A DNA stretch of 64,000 nucleotides, from IMG/VR virus record IMGVR_UViG_3300049846_001252; one strand, given 5' to 3'. Every line of letters begins with the position of its first letter. The first letter of the stretch is position 1. Under the pieces are notes generated by a model. That model saw only the letters and a list, made by a program, of their open reading frames with translations, had not been told where the DNA came from and did no database searches. The position numbers and the translations under genes are program-made. Origin of the DNA: a virus (Duplodnaviria > Heunggongvirae > Uroviricota > Caudoviricetes). Positions 36,388 to 45,768 of this stretch are shown piece by piece.

Positions 36388-39300
36388 CTACCTGTAACTT
36401 CTTGTACTGTATGGTCTAAATGTTAGACTAAATCCATATATATTAAATTTTTCTAATGCAACTCTGTGATCGAATTTTACATTCATAAAACGACATCGTT
36501 GCTTTTGTTTTGGAACGTAAGTACGCACAGGAATTGCAGCACCAATACCTCCCCAGTTCATTAGTCCCCAATCAGAATAACCCCAATCTCCGTCTCCAAG
36601 ACCAGGACATGTAACTCCATCAAAGCCAGGACTTAAGTCATTTCCATAAGAAACTGTAACTTCACTAAAATTTGAATTTTCAAAAATTAATGTGCCTTGA
36701 TAAACTTGTTTCCAAACAGTAGGGTCCCCCATTGGTTGAGGTGCCCATTGTACTGTAGTTTGAAATGCTTTAAATACGGTTATTGCGCTCTCTACTAATT
36801 GGATCGGTTGAGATATAGTTATAGTATTTTCAACATTATCTACGTCAGTAATAATTGCTTCGTATTCGGCAGATCCCGAAGAAGTCAGATAACTTGAATA
36901 AAAAACGCCAGAGTCATTATTTAATTTATTTACAATAATATTAAAACACGCTTGAACGTCTCGTAAGTCTTGAACCGCAGTTTGAACTGTTCCGGCAGAA
37001 CCAGCAATAGTAGTTGTAACATCTATTGTTATAGTTGTAGCAGTGCTTGCCACGACTTTATGTGTTCCGTCAATTGACGGAGTTGTATTGCTTCCGCTGA
37101 TAGTTACATATCTATTTTGTAAAATATCATTTGATGCAAAAGATATCACAGTCTGAGCACCAGGAGTCGTCGAAGTAATGGTCTGAACATAGTCATCAAT
37201 TTTAGCAAAGTAATCAGTGTCACTTACACCTAGATCTGCATCTAGCTTAGTCGCTAAATCCTGAATGTGAGTTCTTGAGTTGTCACCATAACTAAATTCT
37301 AGAGTTGAAAAATAATTAGTATCATTAACGCTCGGGTCTACGTCTAACTTATTTAATAATCTATTATACTGAGCAATAGTCATGTATTGAGTCTGGATCA
37401 TTCTGTCACCAACTTCAATATCGGTGACAGTATTTAGGTCAACAACAGTACTATTAACACCATCCTGTAGAATATCAAAACTAAATTCTCTATCTGCATG
37501 ATCTACTCTAGTTAAAGATTTTCTCTCTTTGTCTACAAAATTTCCGTCCCCGGCACCTAGGTACAATTTATCATCAGCAAAGTTAACAATTCCGGCGGTC
37601 GCTGATTTATCCCACCTTGTCCAAGCGTTAGTAAACGTATTATATCTAAAACACTGAGTTGCAACTTCGTCAGTAGGATTAGTCACTGTCCATAAAAAGT
37701 ATGCACGATCTGACTCATATGAAACACCAAATGATATCTTTTTAAAATCATACCCTTCACGAGCGACGCTTAATAATAAATTTTCAATTGGACGCGAAAT
37801 AACACTAACTCCGGTATCAGTCACCGTGATGACACCTTGCGTACTAAATGCGTATATTTGATTGTTGAGAACAACGGCGGTATCAGGACTTAGTACTTGT
37901 ACTGAAAAATCGAACGGGGCAACTTGAAACGGAGCAGTATCTCCAGTCAAACGGTAAATACCATCTTCTTTAAATATGAATAAGCTATCTCTTAATGCGA
38001 TAATTCTTTTTATAGCCTTATCTTTTGGTCCGATGTCTATGTAGTTTACTAAAGGAAAAGCTTCCGGCTGTTGGTATTTAGAGTAATACACTCGATTTGC
38101 TTTTACCTCGTTAGTAGAAATAACCGAAGACCCAGTAGTCGGGAGAGCGGGATTGAATTGCGAACCAACACCAGTAGATGAAGCAGTAATATAGAACGCA
38201 GCGCCAGTAGTATCCTGATGTTCTAATAAAATTTGTCCCGGTACGTCGTTAAATCCAGAGAGATAATATGCATATACTAATGGATCAGCTTCATTAATAA
38301 TCTTAACTAAGGACCTAGACATTTGCTCAATTTGTTGAGATGTAGTAGGACCATTCTCTGTTCCAGTAGGAACTCTAGGTAAAAATACCCTTGGCGGAGT
38401 AAGAGATGAATCTTCTCCAGTTCCAGCGCCGTCAGTAGAAATAGTAAAATCGGAAATATTCGTAGTCTGAGTTGCGGCAGTAACGTAACCATTATTAGAA
38501 TTAGCGATAGTAAGTTTTGGACCAGCGATGGCTGTAAGATTGAAATCATCAGTCGCGGCATCAATATCCGTTAGGGTCGCGTCTCGGATATCAGTAGTAG
38601 TTACTGCGGCACTAATGTCTATCATAATACTTAAGCGCCCACTTATCATTGGATCGGTTTCTGTGGTATCCTTATACCAGATAGCATATTTATGTTGGTC
38701 ATTTGCTGAGTCAATAGTAAAGTATTTACCCGGACCGCCAGGATTTTGAAAGTCAGCCTTGGTCAAAGCCCCGGAGCTAAAATCTGCGGTATAAGTCTCT
38801 ATTGTTCCGCGAAATCTATACGTAGTTGATGTAGTTCCATCAGTAATAGTTATTTCAGAAGTTTCGCTTACTAAGCTCTGTATACTAATAACGGATAAAT
38901 TTAATCTTTGAACTGTAGAAGTATTTCCAAGAAATGTATAACCTTTGTAAAGAGTAATATCCTTAGCAAAAGGAGGTTTTTCATTTGCCTGTTCTATACC
39001 TTCTCCAGATACAGGATTAACGTATAATAAAGCTCCGCCTTTACGAAAATCTTCAGGAGTGATGTCTGTCGTAGTAACTTTCTCAGCAGTTAATTGTCCA
39101 GTAGTGACAAAATCTTCAAATACTAGATTCATTTCTTCGCCCGGATCAGTCGGAGAAGTAAATACTCCAGTTCTATAGACTTGATAAAACCAGTCAATAG
39201 TAGTAACGTCAGCAGGGATTTGGAATTCTAAATCAACTATGCATGATTGGGTAGGACTAATATTTTCAACAACAGTCCTTGATGAAGGAGATCCAAGTAA

Positions 39301-39846
39301 TAAGTTCTCGTTAGCATCTTTTTTCCCCCATACTATTTTGTATGCAACTAAACTATTCGGAGACAGAAATCCGGAAGATGTAAAATTGGTATTAGCAATT
39401 ACGTCCAGAGCTTTAGGTCCGCCAGCTTTTTCAATACTAGTCGAGGCAAGACTCGCGGCACTGTTGGCAGCAATTTTTCTCATTCCATCAGATGAAACAA
39501 AATAAAAATTACTATTAGACTCTATACCTTTAATTCTTAAGCCAGTTTCGACTTCGTTAACTGTTCCAGTAATTGTCGAAAATGTTCCTTCTTCATCAGA
39601 ATCATATTGGATTGAACTATTTACGTGACGCAATACTCGGTTTTTATAATTAAATAATTGCTTAACCCTATCGGTAGATGCACCAAAAGTATTACCGTAA
39701 GCGAAAAATCCGCGTCGCGGCTCTATGATATTGTTTCTATCAATGACAACATTAAGTGCTTCAGTAAGAGCACCTTCAGGTATGGATGAAAGATAATTCG
39801 GGAACGTATGAATTCCCGCATTTTTTAAAACAACGTTTTGTGCCAT
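36388..39846 (-). CDS. large virion structural protein (1152 aa; tail/baseplate/receptor-binding candidate)
   Basis: size, Thr/Ser/Asn-rich beta-type composition; position in the structural operon; ends in TAG. Confidence 0.45.
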   Translation of the reverse strand: MAQNVVLKNAGIHTFPNYLSSIPEGALTEALNVVIDRNNIIEPRRGFFAYGNTFGASTDRVKQLFNYKNRVLRHVNSSIQYDSDEEGTFSTITGTVNEVETGLRIKGIESNSNFYFVSSDGMRKIAANSAASLASTSIEKAGGPKALDVIANTNFTSSGFLSPNSLVAYKIVWGKKDANENLLLGSPSSRTVVENISPTQSCIVDLEFQIPADVTTIDWFYQVYRTGVFTSPTDPGEEMNLVFEDFVTTGQLTAEKVTTTDITPEDFRKGGALLYVNPVSGEGIEQANEKPPFAKDITLYKGYTFLGNTSTVQRLNLSVISIQSLVSETSEITITDGTTSTTYRFRGTIETYTADFSSGALTKADFQNPGGPGKYFTIDSANDQHKYAIWYKDTTETDPMISGRLSIMIDISAAVTTTDIRDATLTDIDAATDDFNLTAIAGPKLTIANSNNGYVTAATQTTNISDFTISTDGAGTGEDSSLTPPRVFLPRVPTGTENGPTTSQQIEQMSRSLVKIINEADPLVYAYYLSGFNDVPGQILLEHQDTTGAAFYITASSTGVGSQFNPALPTTGSSVISTNEVKANRVYYSKYQQPEAFPLVNYIDIGPKDKAIKRIIALRDSLFIFKEDGIYRLTGDTAPFQVAPFDFSVQVLSPDTAVVLNNQIYAFSTQGVITVTDTGVSVISRPIENLLLSVAREGYDFKKISFGVSYESDRAYFLWTVTNPTDEVATQCFRYNTFTNAWTRWDKSATAGIVNFADDKLYLGAGDGNFVDKERKSLTRVDHADREFSFDILQDGVNSTVVDLNTVTDIEVGDRMIQTQYMTIAQYNRLLNKLDVDPSVNDTNYFSTLEFSYGDNSRTHIQDLATKLDADLGVSDTDYFAKIDDYVQTITSTTPGAQTVISFASNDILQNRYVTISGSNTTPSIDGTHKVVASTATTITIDVTTTIAGSAGTVQTAVQDLRDVQACFNIIVNKLNNDSGVFYSSYLTSSGSAEYEAIITDVDNVENTITISQPIQLVESAITVFKAFQTTVQWAPQPMGDPTVWKQVYQGTLIFENSNFSEVTVSYGNDLSPGFDGVTCPGLGDGDWGYSDWGLMNWGGIGAAIPVRTYVPKQKQRCRFMNVKFDHRVALEKFNIYGFSLTFRPYSTRSYR

Positions 39847-39858
39847 AAAGGGTTATTA

Positions 39859-40815
39859 CTATCCCTTTCTAAATCTATATCGTCTTGCGTAAAGACCGTT
39901 TCTTAAAAGCGAATGACGGTTCACTACTTTAAGTGGGGCAGATTCAACTCGGTTATCAATTAGATTAGGAGTTTTTGCTTCCATCTCAGCTAATTTTTGA
40001 TTAGCAGCTTGTAAATTTTCTAAATCACCCATTGATTCCAAACAACGAGCAGCAACTCTGTGTGCTAATACAACGTGTAAGTCAGACGGAACTTGCGGCA
40101 CCGCCGATTCTGTTGCCAAGCAGATATGATCACCTACTTGTAAATTTGTTGGAATGTCAGTAGTAGTAAATGTTATACTCTTAGTTACTGGATTGATTGC
40201 TGTAGCCGTTAGATCGTAGTCCAATGTTTTATGGGGAGAATTTATTTGTACCATATCAAACAATTTGGTTGTACTAAAATTTGAGGGGATTTTGTCTAAC
40301 GAAACCTCTCCAGTTGTTCTATTAATATTCGTTATTACTCCGACATTTGATAGCAGAACTAATGAATTTGGGCGCATGTAGTAAGTTACCTGTAAAAATC
40401 CACCAGCAATGGTGATATTTTCAGGAACTAAGCATATTTCATTATTCTCTATATAAAACGCGTATACCCTAGATGTACTCACCGGACCATTGTAGTAAGG
40501 TAAATCATCTTTAGTAATTCGAGTCATCTCGTAAACGTTACCGTTGCGATCTCGGTAGGCAACATCTCTGAGCTTGTTTCCAATTGCTCTGTACGGAATT
40601 TGATATCTAACCGTACCTTGGGCCATAGGAATACGTTCTTCGAACATCAAGTAATCTTCATGTAGCTGTAAGATAGTGGGAACTAGGCCAATTGACATCT
40701 CTTCATTAGCAAATGCCAAAAAGTCCTCATCCTGAAACGTAGATTGGTTTGCAGGAATCATTGCTCGGCGTTTAACCGATTTAATTAATTCGTCACTAGT
40801 GTAGTATGATGCCAT
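39859..40815 (-). CDS. putative tail/structural protein (318 aa)
   Basis: ORF in the structural operon. Confidence 0.35.
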   Translation of the reverse strand: MASYYTSDELIKSVKRRAMIPANQSTFQDEDFLAFANEEMSIGLVPTILQLHEDYLMFEERIPMAQGTVRYQIPYRAIGNKLRDVAYRDRNGNVYEMTRITKDDLPYYNGPVSTSRVYAFYIENNEICLVPENITIAGGFLQVTYYMRPNSLVLLSNVGVITNINRTTGEVSLDKIPSNFSTTKLFDMVQINSPHKTLDYDLTATAINPVTKSITFTTTDIPTNLQVGDHICLATESAVPQVPSDLHVVLAHRVAARCLESMGDLENLQAANQKLAEMEAKTPNLIDNRVESAPLKVVNRHSLLRNGLYARRYRFRKG

Positions 40816-40820
40816 GAAAA

Positions 40821-41243
40821 TTACTCTTCGTCTTCGTCATCTTCCATTGAGAACAGTTTACGTCGCTTAGGCTCTTTAGGCTTTTCTTCCTCTTCTTTTT
40901 CTTCGCCCATAACTTCCATTTTATGTTCTTCAGGCTCGCCTTCTTCTTTGTCTTTATCCATATCATCTTGAGAAGCCATTTCTTCCATCTTCTCCATCAT
41001 AGGACTTTCAACTACTTCCTGGGCTTTTTCTAAACCTTCTTGAAGACTTTCTTTATCTGGAGCCATTACAGAAACTTTCTGCATTTCATCCATGCCATTC
41101 TTAAAGCGATGGCCCATCTCGGCTTGCGCGGCTTCGATTAGCTCTTTAAGCACTTCAAGCTTAGCATTTACTTTATCTTCTGACATATCTTTGCCAGAGT
41201 CCTTCTTCTTCATAAGAAGTTTTTCTAAATCTTTTGGTAACAT
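40821..41243 (-). CDS. highly acidic Glu/Asp/Lys-rich protein (assembly chaperone/scaffold-like?)
   Basis: EEEKPKEPKRRK, poly-E/D C-terminus. Confidence 0.35.
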   Translation of the reverse strand: MLPKDLEKLLMKKKDSGKDMSEDKVNAKLEVLKELIEAAQAEMGHRFKNGMDEMQKVSVMAPDKESLQEGLEKAQEVVESPMMEKMEEMASQDDMDKDKEEGEPEEHKMEVMGEEKEEEEKPKEPKRRKLFSMEDDEDEE

Positions 41244-41263
41244 TTTATATTCTCCTATTCGTT

Positions 41264-41842
41264 TTATTTTAGAGCTAATGTTACAGCAACATTAGCGATA
41301 AATGTTATTAAAGCTACTATAATTAAAATTTTTTTATTCATCACTGGTTTTTCATGAACAAGCTGGATAACGTTGTCTGGCTTATCTAGAACAAAATCTA
41401 CATTACTCTTCATAGATTGAATTTGTTTGTTTAGAGAAGAGATTTGTGATTTTAAGTCAATAATCTGATCTTCCATCTTGTTTTCCATTTGGTGAACTTC
41501 TTCTTCAAGTTCTTCAACTTCAGATTCGGGCTGAACCTTGGGTTCATTTTTTTTAGGCATATCATTAAACATGTTTGTAATAGATGTCATGTAATACTGA
41601 TTCTTAAATTCTTGCTCAGCTTGGAATACTTCTAAAACGTCTTGAATTGATTGAATTTGGGCATCAACTTCCCTACGAAGGGCTCTCATGTAGTGACGAG
41701 CCCGAGTATCCCTAGTCTCTAGCTTAATTTTCTCTTCAATCTTTGGAGCAATAGGAAGAACTTTAGCTTCTGGCGCTCTAGGTTCTGATTTATTAAAATT
41801 CATCTTTCCCATAATTATTATACACTCTGCATGACTAAACAT
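41264..41842 (-). CDS. coiled-coil protein with C-terminal TM
   Basis: heptad-rich; C-terminal ILIIVALITFIANVAVTLAL. Confidence 0.35.
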   Translation of the reverse strand: MFSHAECIIIMGKMNFNKSEPRAPEAKVLPIAPKIEEKIKLETRDTRARHYMRALRREVDAQIQSIQDVLEVFQAEQEFKNQYYMTSITNMFNDMPKKNEPKVQPESEVEELEEEVHQMENKMEDQIIDLKSQISSLNKQIQSMKSNVDFVLDKPDNVIQLVHEKPVMNKKILIIVALITFIANVAVTLALK

Positions 41843-42198
41843 GCGTTTTCTACTGGAGTTACCATTTTAATGCGCCTTGCGCAAATTTCTTTAGGCACTA
41901 AAGCCGTTAACGATAAAAGGTGCCAGTTCTCTCCAGAATCGGCAGGACTTATCATTACAGAATCGCATATACCAAATAAGCATACAGTCTTCATGCCGCG
42001 ACAATCTGCTGGCTCCTCTCCAGATACAATTTTAGACTCGTGCTTAGAAATGACGCTATCTCCGTCATCGGCACTAAGTTCAATGGCCATCTCGGTAGAG
42101 ACAATCATTACTCGCTTAGCCTCTGCTTCGTGATCATGCTCGGCCTGTTCTATATGTACTGGATCTAAATCTCTATTTCTTCTCGTTGGATTTGACAT
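41818..42198 (-). CDS. hypothetical protein
   Basis: ORF. Confidence 0.35.
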   Translation of the reverse strand: MSNPTRRNRDLDPVHIEQAEHDHEAEAKRVMIVSTEMAIELSADDGDSVISKHESKIVSGEEPADCRGMKTVCLFGICDSVMISPADSGENWHLLSLTALVPKEICARRIKMVTPVENACLVMQSV

Positions 42199-42203
42199 AA
42201 TTG

Positions 42204-44894
42204 TTAAACTCCTAAAGTGTCCGCTCTAAATTTAATGGCCATCGATGTAAATCCGGCATAAGTGCTCGAAGTATATTGAATTTGACCACTAGTAGTAATT
42301 GAAAAAACGACACCAGAACTATCGCCAACAGACGAATAGTTTATAACCCAGTCAGCACCTCGCTGAATTCCCTGAATCTTGAATGTCTCATATAAGTCAC
42401 TAGTTGCATCTACATATACTGAAACTAATGCATCAAACGCTCGTACTGCTGCATTGCTAAAAACAAAACCTGTTACATCTGCCGGTGTTGCTTGGTTATC
42501 GGCACCAAGGAATAAAGTTTCACTTATGTCATTTGGATTAAACTTTGAATCAACGTAATTTTTAGTCGCAGCATCTTGAGCATTTACTGGATCAAGTACA
42601 TTTATCACATTATGACTAGTAGCATCAATGTCAGTAGAAAAATCAATAACCGCCGCACCAGTAGAATCATATAAAACTCTTCCGGCAGTATCTAATACAT
42701 TAACGTCAGAATTATCATTTAAAACTTCAAAATATCCAGTAGCGTATGTCTTATCAAAAGCTCCAATATTGTCAGAACCAGTAGTTTCCGGCTTAACAGT
42801 ATAGCTTGTAACTATTTGACCGTCAGTAGAAAAATCAAGAGCTTTAGATGAAGTGCTAGTTTTTAACTGTCTAGCTCCCATATCAACAACTACGGTATTG
42901 CCAGTAGTTGCTAAAACTCCAGCAAAGTGACCATCTACCCAATTTTTAGTAGAAGAACCGATATCCCAACTTGAGTCTGTGTCAGGAATTAGATGCTGAT
43001 TTATAGAGGTCGGATTAGTTAGGTTACTAAGGGATTGGTTTGCTTTATTATTTAGTTGAGTTTGTATGGCCGAAGTAACGCCATCCAGATAACCAAATTC
43101 CGTATTATCTACAGTTCCGGCAGCAATCTTAGTCGCGTCAATTGCGGCACCGGCTTTGATGTCAGCATTTTCGATATTAGTAATGCTGTTACCAGTTCCA
43201 TCAGCGTTGAATGTCTTATTTGTAAGAGTATCAGTGCTAGACGGAGTCATCATTGAAATCCAGCCAGCATTATAAAAATATGGCTTAGAATTTGTCGTAT
43301 CAATCTCTATTGGAACCGTACCGTTAATTGTTGACGGAACGCCAGTAGGAGTTCCGGCAGAACTAGGAATATATAAAAATCCACCAGTAGCAGTTGTTGC
43401 AAGTTGCGTTCCGGTATTATTTTGAACAGCGACGCTACCGTTAGCTCGCATTAAGAAAACTTGTTGATTATTTGTAAAAAAGTTAAAATCACTATTTTCA
43501 CGTTGACGTAATTGGGCTACACCAGTAGCACTAATACCAATGGAGAATCCGTCAGTTGATGCTTGTCCTGTAGTTGCTCCATTAGTAATATTTATAAATG
43601 TAGCATTACCTGTACCGCCATCAACGTGTAACTTAGACTGAGGAGTGGTTATTCCGACACCTAATCTGTCGTTGGTATTATCATAAAATAAGTTAGCGTT
43701 ATCTTGAGCAATAGTTGTTCCGTCTGAAAATAAAACAGAGCCACTAGTTAGTGCAGGAAGTGTGAATTTATTATTAATCTGAGTTTGAATATCTGATGTA
43801 ACGTTACTCAAGTATTGAAATTCAGTTGAGGATACTGACCCGTCAGCAATTTTTGTCGCATCAATCGCGGCACCGGTCGCTATGTGAGTGTTAGAAATAC
43901 TACCGGCAACAATCGCGGCACTGATACTTGGAGTTCCGTCATTATATGTTAGATCTATTGTAGAAGTATCTAATAGTATATTTCCGACAGCATCTTGTGC
44001 TCTTTCGTCAGTATAATATAAATTGGTTCCTTCTGAGATATTTGTCGTAGTAAGAACTACGGCACCAGTGAGGCCATTAACTGAAGAAACCGCATCAGTA
44101 GTATCAGCTTTTTCCCAGACTAGTGAAGCATTCAGGATGGCGTAGTCACCAACATCAAAAGATATTGAACCGGAACCTAAATTTTGAGTTCCGGCAACAC
44201 TAACTCGATAAACATCTCCGATACTTCCAGCACCATCGGCAAGAGTGGGAGTGTTTGTAGAAGCATTCCATGTCCCCTGGTATTCCATAATAGAATTTGG
44301 TAACTGAGAAACAGGCACTTTGCCCGCTCCGTCTAAGGAAGCATATCCTCCAGCAATGCCTTTGTTTGCTGAATTTTCTTTAGCATTTAGCTGAGTTTGA
44401 ATTGCCGAAGTTACGCCAGAAACATAACCAAGTTCTGTTGTTGTAACTGCTGAATGAGTTGGAATTCCTGAAGCATTAGAGACTAATGCTCTACTTGCAG
44501 TAATTGCTGCGGCGTCAGTCATGACACCTAATGCATCATTAATAACTAGCCTATCAGCACTTCCGGAATTTAATTTAGTTCTAGAAATATTCGCTGCTGC
44601 GTCTATTTCTGAGTTAGTGATAACACCAGATTTTATAGTCAAGCCGGTAGAGGCATCGACAATAATATCGCCGGTAGTGTCAGTGTCTAATATCCCAGCG
44701 GGAGAACCAGTAACGCCGACAAAAATTTCTCTATTACTTAATGGACCTAATTCATCAACTTGATTTGCAGCATTCTCGACAAGGAACGTATAAGGAGTTC
44801 CGCCGACTATTACTGTTGAACCAATATCAATCGATCCACCAGCATCGCCGACAAAATCTAACTGAGAAGTAAATATATTCAGTTTCAATGCCAA
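42204..44894 (-). CDS. tail fiber protein (896 aa) with ADIKAGAAIDATKIA...TEF..L..VTS.IQTQLNNK repeats
   Basis: repeat motif shared with the 904-aa fiber; C-terminal GQIQY...KF.A.TL domain shared with 48496..48981. Confidence 0.6.
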   Translation of the reverse strand: MALKLNIFTSQLDFVGDAGGSIDIGSTVIVGGTPYTFLVENAANQVDELGPLSNREIFVGVTGSPAGILDTDTTGDIIVDASTGLTIKSGVITNSEIDAAANISRTKLNSGSADRLVINDALGVMTDAAAITASRALVSNASGIPTHSAVTTTELGYVSGVTSAIQTQLNAKENSANKGIAGGYASLDGAGKVPVSQLPNSIMEYQGTWNASTNTPTLADGAGSIGDVYRVSVAGTQNLGSGSISFDVGDYAILNASLVWEKADTTDAVSSVNGLTGAVVLTTTNISEGTNLYYTDERAQDAVGNILLDTSTIDLTYNDGTPSISAAIVAGSISNTHIATGAAIDATKIADGSVSSTEFQYLSNVTSDIQTQINNKFTLPALTSGSVLFSDGTTIAQDNANLFYDNTNDRLGVGITTPQSKLHVDGGTGNATFINITNGATTGQASTDGFSIGISATGVAQLRQRENSDFNFFTNNQQVFLMRANGSVAVQNNTGTQLATTATGGFLYIPSSAGTPTGVPSTINGTVPIEIDTTNSKPYFYNAGWISMMTPSSTDTLTNKTFNADGTGNSITNIENADIKAGAAIDATKIAAGTVDNTEFGYLDGVTSAIQTQLNNKANQSLSNLTNPTSINQHLIPDTDSSWDIGSSTKNWVDGHFAGVLATTGNTVVVDMGARQLKTSTSSKALDFSTDGQIVTSYTVKPETTGSDNIGAFDKTYATGYFEVLNDNSDVNVLDTAGRVLYDSTGAAVIDFSTDIDATSHNVINVLDPVNAQDAATKNYVDSKFNPNDISETLFLGADNQATPADVTGFVFSNAAVRAFDALVSVYVDATSDLYETFKIQGIQRGADWVINYSSVGDSSGVVFSITTSGQIQYTSSTYAGFTSMAIKFRADTLGV

Positions 44895-44904
44895 GTTCTA
44901 GCTC

Positions 44905-45174
44905 CTAAGCGGTACGTTCAGCAGAAAGAAGTGTTGTTCTAGATCCATCAGTATAAACTACAGTTAAAGTATATAAATTAACTGAGTCTTCTGAAAAAAT
45001 ATATTCTTCTGAATCATTAGGAACATTTGTCGTGATTATATTCATCTCGATCTTTCTTCCCACTTTACCAACAAGAAATCCATCAGTACTAATGGTAGCA
45101 TTAACGTCATTAAACGCAGCTCTTGTTGCATTATTAGCATCGTAATCTGATTGTCGTTTTGTTGTATTAGCCAT
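44905..45174 (-). CDS. hypothetical small protein
   Basis: ORF between the fiber genes. Confidence 0.35.
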   Translation of the reverse strand: MANTTKRQSDYDANNATRAAFNDVNATISTDGFLVGKVGRKIEMNIITTNVPNDSEEYIFSEDSVNLYTLTVVYTDGSRTTLLSAERTA

Positions 45175-45179
45175 TTGAA

Positions 45180-45350
45180 TTATTCTTTCTTCTTAGAAAA
45201 ACGTTCTTTAAGTTTTTTAAATCTACTTTTTGGAGTAGTTTCAATCATTTCTTTAGCAACGCTTTGAGAAACACCAGTACGCTTTGCTACTTCAGGGTCA
45301 TTTGCTGCGGCGTACATAAGTCTCTGCTGACTTTTAGATTTAATAGGCAT
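45180..45350 (-). CDS. small basic protein (56 aa), not in ORF track
   Basis: ATG 45350..45348 to TAA 45182..45180 exactly fills the gap between neighbours; MPIKSKSQQRLMYAAANDPEVAKRTGVSQSVAKEMIETTPKSRFKKLKERFSKKKE. Confidence 0.35.
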   Translation of the reverse strand: MPIKSKSQQRLMYAAANDPEVAKRTGVSQSVAKEMIETTPKSRFKKLKERFSKKKE

Positions 45351-45352
45351 AA

Positions 45353-45766
45353 CTATTTTTTTACTCGCTGTTTGATCTTGTATTTCTCAACTTCTAGTCG
45401 ATTTGCAATATCGCCAATTAATTGCTTAGTACCTTCGCTGATTTGTCCAGATTTGCATAATGCGTCAATGCGGGCACAAATATTTTCTTCAAGAGCTAGA
45501 ATTTTTTTATAATACGCTGAATTTTCTTTTTCTGGCATTACAGATTGAGACCCAATAGCCTGAGCTATTTCTTGTAGAGAAGGGACGTTTTGTTCTCCTA
45601 TAGTTCCAATTATACGCTCGATTACGCTATCATAGTCAGCGTCGGCAGCTTGGTATACAGATGCAAAGAATTCGTGATCTTGCTCAAATACGACTCGGGC
45701 ACAAAGATTATGCGCGTGTTGTGCTACCATTTGGAGAACTCGTAGGTCAATTGCTAGTTGCTTCAT
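45353..45766 (-). CDS. Dps-like miniferritin (ferritin-like di-iron protein)
   Basis: H19, H31, D46, E50 reproduce the Dps ferroxidase ligand spacing (E. coli H51, H63, D78, E82); QHAHN/DHEFF/VIERIIGTIG blocks match HWN/HE/AER..GG blocks. Confidence 0.6.
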   Translation of the reverse strand: MKQLAIDLRVLQMVAQHAHNLCARVVFEQDHEFFASVYQAADADYDSVIERIIGTIGEQNVPSLQEIAQAIGSQSVMPEKENSAYYKKILALEENICARIDALCKSGQISEGTKQLIGDIANRLEVEKYKIKQRVKK

Positions 45767-45768
45767 GA

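Noticed and set aside
45264-45512. Plus-strand 82-aa ORF across the 56-aa gene and the Dps-like gene
   Set aside because: It is antisense to two minus-strand genes that tile perfectly, and it is Cys/Phe/Arg-rich with no motif.
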